This document shows positions 19,993-27,217 of a DNA stretch of 27,217 bases, piece by piece. Source of the stretch: Xylographa opegraphella (taxonomy: Eukaryota); assembly GCA_022813865.1 (NCBI GenBank), contig JALDZX010000071.1:62001-89217 (forward strand), read 5' to 3'. A program made the position numbers and the translations under genes. The notes under the pieces were generated by a model. It had not been told where the DNA came from. It saw only the letters and a program-made list of their open reading frames with translations, and ran no database searches. The stretch's first letter is position 1; every line of letters starts with the position of its first letter.

Positions 19993-22464
19993 TTAGTCGA
20001 CGCAAAATGCTTGTTTCAAGCGAAATGAACCTGTTGTATAATGTCTCGTCAGGTGTGAAAGGCTAGGCATGAAATACAAACTGCCTTCGTCGGCGAAAGT
20101 GGCCTCGGACATTACCCACAAATCAGTTCTGTAGTGACCGCTTAATATGCCCGCATCTTCCGTGAGGTCACTAACCAGAACCGCCTTACACATCATTGGT
20201 CGAGAATCACTTATATCACCGCTCATAAGAATTGCAGCAGACTGATAATCTCGAAAATTAAAGAGGATATCAGTGCGCATCGTGAAACCGAAACTCACGC
20301 CTCCAGGGCACCGAACGCAGCAAAAGTTTCCATAACCCTCGTGGGTGAGCTTGAAATCCAAATCATGATCAAAGAAAATACAATCGGCTCGTAATAGAAG
20401 ACCTGCGGAACTCAGCGTCGCATGTCTATCCCCAGAAAACATGAAATGGTTCATCGAATGCTTCAGAAGACTGGATGGTGCCCACCTTAGCCCAGGATCT
20501 TTCAGCCTAGTATTTCCGACGAACAATAATTCCAAGGGCAATGTCACACCGGAGCGGTAGATGTCGACCATTGTTGGGAATGGATGGTAATCTTCGAGCT
20601 TGAGATTCAGAAGGGTTGCAATGCAAATTGGCTCGTCGCCTGACACCGTAACGCTTCGGTGTGACAAATCTGAAATTAGACTGCGAAATTGCCGCTTCGG
20701 ATCTTGTTGCTTAGTGAAGCGGGCAGTTATTCGATCCTGCAAACTTCTCTGGATCTTGCTGAATAGATCTTGATCATAAAGCTTTGTGCCTATGAGCTCA
20801 GCTACCGATATCGCTCGGTGGCTGAACTGGAACAAAAGGGCAGAAGCCAGCCTCCCTTCTTGAAGAGTCCAAAGTCGTGTCAGCCATTCCGAAGCAAGTA
20901 CTTGCAATAGCATTTCAAGCCAGTGGTTACCGACTTGCTCTAGATGACGGTCAAGGACTAGTACCCATCTCGCTTCCGAGTAGACCTTCCTCAGCCTTGA
21001 GATAGCAATTCTATTGTGCTCAGGCTTTATGGGAACAGAAATAGTATCGATCCAGAGGAGTACATCATCCCCTCCGATAGCAGTCACGAGTCCAAAGAGA
21101 TGCTCAATCTGGCAGCTTGGTAGCGCATTCTCGATTGGATTTCCCAGTCCGTGAGACCATACATGGCTTATTGCGATGTAACGCTTGTCGGTCACATTTA
21201 TAACTTGATAGGTGACGAGTCTATTATAGTCTTGGATCCTTCCAACACCAGCAATACCTCCATCGTGGAGTATATCAATCAGTCGCTGCTCGTCAAACAC
21301 TACTTTGAGGCAATTTCCATCACATGTGCTCCTATGCTTAAAAGACAACAACTCAAGTTCATTACGCCGCTCCAAACATTGAATTTCATCGCAGTTCGAA
21401 TGTGAAAGAGACTCATATGAAGGCAACAGAGATAGAATGTAAAGCGAGATAATGTCTTCGCGGGGTTCTGCTACTCGTGCCAGACACCAATTTCGAGATT
21501 TCAGCTGTTTCCTGAAAGATTTAAGATAGAAGGCAGAGACAGTTCCAGGTGGTTTACCACCTTTAACCTTGTCCATTAATAGACAGCTAGCGTTGTCCAA
21601 ACTAGTACACAATATATCAATAGATATAGCCACTGGCAGCCGCAAAGCTGGCTCTTCAGCAGCTGAGAGTAGAGTGGTAATCCTACCCACTTCTTGCAAA
21701 CATGAGTAAAGTCGTTTTGAGTCAGTTTTCTTTATCCATAGGTGGTTGGGAGATTCTCCACTAAGTAATTCTGATACAGTGAGCTTTGAAGAATAACGCA
21801 TTGATTCCAAAAGCGCCCGCGACAGAATGTGTATGGGCACCGTGGTCAATTGACGCGCTGATACGCTGGTATTGTTTAACTCCCTGTCAGGCATCGCTCG
21901 CTCTAGAAGGAGGACATCCATTGTCATTTTCCCCTCAGCACCAATAACGAATTGCAGGTCCCCCGGGCTCTCGAGAACCTCAAAAGGTCCATAGCGTTCA
22001 GCTGAAATACGATCGTGATCATCAAAGACCTTTGCATTCACCAACTCTCCTACTTGAAGGTCTATGGGCACCTCAAGTATTCTCAACTGATCAATCACCG
22101 CAGCTCTCACATACGGAAGCAGCAACGTCGTATTTATGATATGGCTGAATTCCTTGCCGGCGCTGTCCGTTCGTATATAGTCGTTGCGCTTCATTTCAAA
22201 TCCGCAAAAGAGTTCAAACTCGTGCAGCATTCCAAACCATAGCCATTCCTGTAAGAAGCTTTCCACCCAATCCGAAGGAAAGACCTTACCGTCGATCCAA
22301 GTCTCCCCAGATGACTTGCGAAGACTAAGTAGCTTATCTTTATCGAAGCCATAACGTTCGGGGAATCCTTCGAAGCCTTTGCGATCATAGGCTGGTGCCA
22401 GACCAAGGAATGGTACAGTCGTGGCGTTGGGCTGGCAGGAAGGTGGGATGTCCAGATGATCCAT
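19993..22464 (-). CDS. HET-domain (heterokaryon incompatibility, PF06985-type) protein, 823 aa, intronless
   Basis: HET blocks YIAISHVWSHGLGN, LWIDTISVP, KVYSEARWVLVLD and WLTRLWTLQEG (about 20853-21183). The N-terminus MDHLDIP...VPFL...YD...FPERYG and FLQEWLWFGML is typical of this subfamily. ATG at 22464 is preferred over TTG at 22515. Confidence 0.92.
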   Translation of the reverse strand: MDHLDIPPSCQPNATTVPFLGLAPAYDRKGFEGFPERYGFDKDKLLSLRKSSGETWIDGKVFPSDWVESFLQEWLWFGMLHEFELFCGFEMKRNDYIRTDSAGKEFSHIINTTLLLPYVRAAVIDQLRILEVPIDLQVGELVNAKVFDDHDRISAERYGPFEVLESPGDLQFVIGAEGKMTMDVLLLERAMPDRELNNTSVSARQLTTVPIHILSRALLESMRYSSKLTVSELLSGESPNHLWIKKTDSKRLYSCLQEVGRITTLLSAAEEPALRLPVAISIDILCTSLDNASCLLMDKVKGGKPPGTVSAFYLKSFRKQLKSRNWCLARVAEPREDIISLYILSLLPSYESLSHSNCDEIQCLERRNELELLSFKHRSTCDGNCLKVVFDEQRLIDILHDGGIAGVGRIQDYNRLVTYQVINVTDKRYIAISHVWSHGLGNPIENALPSCQIEHLFGLVTAIGGDDVLLWIDTISVPIKPEHNRIAISRLRKVYSEARWVLVLDRHLEQVGNHWLEMLLQVLASEWLTRLWTLQEGRLASALLFQFSHRAISVAELIGTKLYDQDLFSKIQRSLQDRITARFTKQQDPKRQFRSLISDLSHRSVTVSGDEPICIATLLNLKLEDYHPFPTMVDIYRSGVTLPLELLFVGNTRLKDPGLRWAPSSLLKHSMNHFMFSGDRHATLSSAGLLLRADCIFFDHDLDFKLTHEGYGNFCCVRCPGGVSFGFTMRTDILFNFRDYQSAAILMSGDISDSRPMMCKAVLVSDLTEDAGILSGHYRTDLWVMSEATFADEGSLYFMPSLSHLTRHYTTGSFRLKQAFCVD

Positions 22465-23429
22465 ACCTACTTTCTCTCCAAACGCTTTTACTCTTTCGGC
22501 TGGTGTTGTATCCAAAGCTATCTGTTATCGAGCCAAGAACGCGAGAATAACAAGAATATGTGGAAGCGGACCATCAAAGGCGGTGGAAGATCTCGGCGGT
22601 AAAGACATCGCAGATGGCACAGAGTGACAACAAGAGTCAGTAGCTTGGCCAAGTCAGGCTGGATCGAGAGAAAATGAAGCTGTACGAAGCCATAGTAAGG
22701 TCCGGACAACATCCTCTCCAGCCTCGCGTGTAACGCGCTTGGAGGGCTGGCGAGAGGCACAACGGGCTAATCCTGAGCCTAGTCCCAAAGAAGAATAGAC
22801 TTAACCAGCGGCAGCCTTACCACGCTTCCTTTCCACAAGGTACTCGTAGAGTAAGGTATTTCATCTTCACTACAACAAGCTGATATCGTGGACAACGTAA
22901 CTGGATGTTCTAAAAGAAAATTGGATAGAGCCACTACAGTTAACCTTATGCAGACTTTCCAACACTTCCAGCACGTGCTCACATTTCCCTTAGCACTCAA
23001 GCTAAAAAATGGAGTGAAACCAAAGATTTGACAAGCCCAATGTTGACATTGAGAATCCGAACGAACTATGGAGAAGCTACCTGGGCATCATATTCAACGG
23101 TAAAGATGATGAACTTCGAGCCTGTCACACTGTTGTGGACACCTTGCTCATCGCCACACTTCTATTACCGCTTCAATCTATAGAAGCGCCCGGCGTCATC
23201 ACTGGTCCGCTTCCATCGTGATCGAGAATGTGTCTTGATGCTACCAAACCACAATGTAGTTTCTGAGATCAAAGTGCGGACAAGTGGCCTCTGTTGCCAC
23301 TATATCCCATAACCATCCCGTGGGCGTCGCCCACGCTATTCAGCTTCGTCCGTGGAGACAGTATCGCGCTCCCGTGTCTCAACAATCGAGCATCTCGCAG
23401 TGGGGAACCTGGATACCGTCTTCCAAGAC

Positions 23430-24251
23430 ATGCTTCCCTCATCCCTCTTCTCTCTGTTCTACTTCTTACTACTCGTTCAAGCAGGCCGCAAGCCAAAAAA
23501 AGGAAGACAAAGCAGCTCAACGGTTACCACAGCCGGCCCATCATCATCAGCATCATCATCATCAGCATCAGCATCAGCATCAGCATTGTCTTCCCTTCCT
23601 GCTTCTGACGTCTTGCCACCCCCTCCATCCACTACTGAGGTCGACGACCCAGATCCTACAGACTCCCCCATCGACTTATTCGATCATCGTAATCTCGTCG
23701 GCAACATCGTCTGCCAAACGAAGCCCCGCTTCGAGGTATTGCACCAACCCGACTGTTTCCTTTCCGCCGAGCAGATCCACGCTCCTCCGCAACGAGGTCC
23801 CGGCCTCTCCGTCCCTCCGACCAGAGGTACCTCGTCCTTCCGCTTCTATGGCGGTCGCGGTCATTGCGAGATCTACGTCATCGCCACTCACATACTCTCC
23901 TTTGGCCGGAGCGGCGTGCCCACGCTGTGGGAGCCGACGGAGGTCGAGTGGATCCAGATCTGGATCCATGTGCGTCTAAGGGTGGACCTGATCATCAACG
24001 CCTGCGTGGCGGAACCCGGGGCCAGTGCGGCGCAGCTGAGCGCCGTGCACGGCGGGAAGGGAGGCGCCTCCGCTATCTTGATGGATGGGGATCGGTTGGG
24101 CAGCCGGATGCTGCAGAGTGACCGGACGCCCGAGGGTCAGCAGCCACCGGCGGCGATTCAGTTAGAGATATTGATGCATGATGGGCAGGATCTGGCAAGG
24201 CTGAGGGATCAGGCTAACCGTCGGGCTGAGGGGTGGGACCGGGGACTGTGA
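23430..24251 (+). CDS. Putative secreted effector-like protein, 273 aa: signal peptide, Ser/Ala/Pro linker, four-Cys domain
   Basis: ATG at 23430 begins MLPSSLFSLFYFLLLVQA (hydrophobic core, VQA cleavage site). The C-terminal domain reads C...DCxxxAxxI...GxCxIxV...WxxI...IIxxCV...GG. Confidence 0.75.
   Translation: MLPSSLFSLFYFLLLVQAGRKPKKGRQSSSTVTTAGPSSSASSSSASASASALSSLPASDVLPPPPSTTEVDDPDPTDSPIDLFDHRNLVGNIVCQTKPRFEVLHQPDCFLSAEQIHAPPQRGPGLSVPPTRGTSSFRFYGGRGHCEIYVIATHILSFGRSGVPTLWEPTEVEWIQIWIHVRLRVDLIINACVAEPGASAAQLSAVHGGKGGASAILMDGDRLGSRMLQSDRTPEGQQPPAAIQLEILMHDGQDLARLRDQANRRAEGWDRGL
23539..23586. repeat. (CAT)n/(CAGCAT)n microsatellite encoding the Ser/Ala linker
   Basis: catcatcatcagcatcatcatcatcagcatcagcatcagcatcagcat, seen directly. 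Confidence 0.9.
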
Positions 24252-24568
24252 TTGAGCTGGCTTGTGGGGATGGGTGCGTTGAGTAAGGTAAGCTGTGGAT
24301 AGAAAGCTGGGAACTGGGTTTGTTACTCTTGTGTCCGTAAACATGTATTTTTACGAGAAATGCAAAATGTGTCGACGTTCTTCGCTTCGCCGTCAGAATC
24401 ACGTCTCATGTAGTGAACTGTGAAAAATACCGATTTCAATCTATATCTCACCATTAAAGCATACTGCGATTTTTGTAAGTTATCCAGTAAGAACTTCTCA
24501 TTGCTTCGCCGCCATTGGATACACAACTAAATGTGACTACATAGAAGGAACCTCCATCATCACCATCG

Positions 24569-25697
24569 CTACATTCCTGAATCCAACGGCATGATAGGAT
24601 GCTTAGGTCCATACGGAACAATCTTCGACTTTGTCGCCATAGTGTATCCCTCCTTGATCTACAAAAATCATTAGCCTGCATCGACCCCCTCTCCTTCCAA
24701 GAGCACCGCCAACTCACCGGCGCAAAGTGCGTCGTCTTCTGGAACGCCCCTTGCGTCTCCTCATCCTCGCCCCAGTACAGCCTCTGAAGCCACTTATTCA
24801 AACGAGGGTAATCATAGCGGATTTGTTTGTAGTTGCACTTGAACAGAGTCACATAAGCCACGTCGAAGCGGACAAGCGTGGTGTACAGTCTGCAGCCACG
24901 GTCAGAAATAGAGGTTATGGTTGATGAATGCATGTCACGAGAACACTACTATCAGAGGGGGGCGTGGTTTACCGTATATCCGAGTCCGTGACATGCTCGC
25001 CCCAGAGATACGCGGTCTTGCGTTCGTCCAAGTGCTTCTCCAGCCGATCCAGGCTTTCAAAAAGGGGCACTATGTTCGCGTCGTAGGCTTCCTGACTCGC
25101 GGAGAAGCCACACTTGTACACCCCGTTGTTCACGGTGTCGTAGATCCACTCATTCATACCATCAATGTCTTTGCGCAGCTTCTCGGGATAACAGCCTCCG
25201 CCAGGCTTATTGACCTCCCTCAACTCCGCGGGAAGAAGGTCGTCGAATGCGGTATAGAACATCCTGATAATCTCGGCCGACTCATTGTTCACAATCGTTT
25301 CCTTCTTCTTATCCCACAACGTCGGAACCGTATACCGTCCTTTGTACTCCGGGTCCGCCTTGTGATACAATTGAGAGTGACTGGTGAAGCCATACAGCGG
25401 GTCGTGAGGCGCGCTCCCATGCTTGCCATCGTAAAGCCAACCGTCCGATGTCAGCACGTTACCCATGACTACGAGCTGAATGATATCCTCCAAGCCCTTA
25501 AGCGAGCGGACGATATTCGCACGGTGCGCCCAGGGGCAGCCGTAACAGATATAAAGGACATAACGATCTTTCTCAGCTGGAAAGGGGGCTGACGGGTCCG
25601 GCGATATTGAGTCTCGGAACTGAGAAGCTACTCGGCGGAAGTGACCATCCTCATCGGCCAGCTTTAGCGGATCCGAGCCTTTGTGAGTTGTAGACAT
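24569..25697 (-). CDS. Glutathionyl-hydroquinone reductase / Xi-class (omega-like) glutathione transferase, Ecm4/YqjG family, 328 aa, 3 exons (24973-25697, 24718-24889, 24569-24658)
   Basis: Active-site CPWAHR, GRYTVPTLWDKKKETIVNNESAEIIRM, NNGVYKCGF and DIR|LYTTLVRFDVAY. Introns 24890-24972 and 24659-24717 have canonical signals and preserve the frame. Confidence 0.95.
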
Positions 25698-26501
25698 TTT
25701 CAGGCGATCGGAAATAATATCGAAGTAGTAAAGAAACTTGCGAACACTGTGTGCGTTAGAGCTCTAAGAAATCAACACGATCGAAGGGATGAAGAAATGA
25801 ATCCGAGTGCTTCCTGGAATCAGCGCATAGACAGCTAATGATACTCGAGAGAAGGGATCGAGGCACAGGTCAATGCGAGTGATCAATAAGCAGCTCTGTT
25901 TGTCATCCACGTGATGGTAGACATACAATGTACCTCTTTCAATCGGACTGTTCTCATTCCCGAATTACAGGATCCGCCTCCGAGTCCTCTGGGTGAAGAA
26001 GGCTTCGGTCATGAAGACGAAGGGGATGCTGTGGCAGAGTTGTGGTTGCTTGTTTGACTTTGGGGACCAAGGTTAGCTTGGAAGCCGCTAATACTGGCCC
26101 CGAACAATGCCCTAGGCCGCTAGAACACCCCTAAGTCCTCTGGCTCGACACCCGCAGGGGCTGAGTGCGCCACGTCTGAGGGATTGAGGCAAGATGGATT
26201 AAAAATGTTAAGAAGCGCTGAACGCACGCTCATAATGTTAGGTGAAGCCACGCCGATGGTGAATTGGCCCTGGTGTTCGAACAAGTAATTTTTCAGTAGT
26301 AATGAAGCCTTTTCTAAAAGCGCATCTACAATATCGGCGTCACAACGATCAGCGTCAAAGAGAATTTTCCCTTTCGGGCTGAAACAGCTCGACGATGGCG
26401 AAAATGGAGTGGTCGTATGACTTTGTGACATCAACCGCTGTAACGTTTCGTAAACATATAAGCATCACACTTATACCTCCAAAGCTGATAGTATCAACCG
26501 C

Positions 26502-27215
26502 TCACACCATCCACACCCCGGCCCCAACCCCAGCCAGCACCCCCAGCACCCAACTCCCCGGCACCCTTCCCCTCGCCCTCTCCCCCGCCCGCGCTATCGC
26601 TATCCTCTTTGTAGTCGCAGCTCCGGCCGTCGCCGTCACCGCCCCCGGCCCTCCACCCAGCAAGCTCACAATCACTCCCCCCAGCCCCACAGTCTCCGAT
26701 CCGAGCATAAGCTGCGTCGCCGCGGGCGCTAAGCTAAGCAGTGTGCCTGCAACCGTAATGGCGGGGGCGCCAGGTACCAGTGTCTGCGTGCCGAATATGA
26801 AGTCTGAAGCTGTATTGGCGGTTAGGGTAGAGCCTGCAATGGTGAGAAGGGGTAAAGTGGCTGCGCTAAGTTCCAGGGGAATGGTTTTAGTATCGATGAC
26901 GAGGACTGTAGCACCGGAAGCGAGAGAGATGGGAGTAGAGGAAACAGTAATGGCGGGGCCGCCAGGAAGGAGGGTCTGAGAGCCGTAGATGTATTCCGAC
27001 GCGAGATTGGCGGTAAGAGTAGAGCCAGCAATGGTGAGAACAGGAAGTGTGGCCGCATTGGAGATGAGGGTGATTGTTGATGTGCCGATGACTAGTACGG
27101 TGGCTTCTGTGGCGAGGTAGATTGGGGTCGAGGAGACGATAATGGTAGAACCGCCAGGGACGAGGGTTTGTGAGTCGTAGATGTAGTTTGAGGCTTTGTT
27201 GGCGGTCAGTGTAGA
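26502..27215 (-). CDS. Ser/Thr-rich cell-surface protein with 64-aa repeats and a hydrophobic, possibly GPI-signal, C-terminus (3' partial)
   Basis: Frame is open from the window edge: three copies of LPxLTIAGSTLTANxASxYIYGSQTLxPGGPAITVSSTPISLAxxATVLVIGT with a 192-bp period, ending in WVLGVLAGVGAGVWMV and TGA. Confidence 0.85.
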   Translation of the reverse strand, partial: STLTANKASNYIYDSQTLVPGGSTIIVSSTPIYLATEATVLVIGTSTITLISNAATLPVLTIAGSTLTANLASEYIYGSQTLLPGGPAITVSSTPISLASGATVLVIDTKTIPLELSAATLPLLTIAGSTLTANTASDFIFGTQTLVPGAPAITVAGTLLSLAPAATQLMLGSETVGLGGVIVSLLGGGPGAVTATAGAATTKRIAIARAGERARGRVPGSWVLGVLAGVGAGVWMV

Positions 27216-27217
27216 GC

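Noticed and set aside
22465..22515. TTG-initiated 17-aa extension of the HET protein
   Set aside because: ATG at 22464 gives the MDHL start typical of this subfamily.
23284..23979. 231-aa ORF with a poly-His/Gln tract
   Set aside because: Alternative frame of the microsatellite. The overlapping frame has a signal peptide and a coherent Cys domain.
26120..26434. 104-aa minus-strand ORF
   Set aside because: It lies directly in the 3' flank of the surface-protein gene with no recognisable domain, so it cannot be supported without expression data.

Overview
Intron-containing genomic DNA from a filamentous ascomycete (Pezizomycotina; short 47-96 nt introns with CTRAY branch points). The left part carries conserved genes: the 3' end of a Puf4-like Pumilio protein, an RS-rich protein, SF3B2/Cus1, a four-exon RSM27 missed by the ORF track, choline sulfatase, a UBL-WLM protease, an orphan ORF, a degenerate J-domain gene and RNase III (probable GC-AG intron). 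From about 15.7 to 24.3 kb lies an accessory-looking block: two small tandem Cys/His paralogs (one with a 9x15-bp minisatellite), a protein with seven YRAPTAHMYP-type repeats, a 3x39-bp repeat, a short Ty3/gypsy RT-like relic, an 823-aa HET-domain gene and a secreted four-Cys protein. A Xi-class glutathione transferase and the 3' end of a 64-aa-repeat cell-surface protein close the window. The most notable observation is a segment in the HET protein resembling the GPY/F (SH3-like) C-terminal module of gypsy integrases, a possible transposon-derived integrated domain in a cell-death effector. All calls are by-eye motif recognition; no searches were run.
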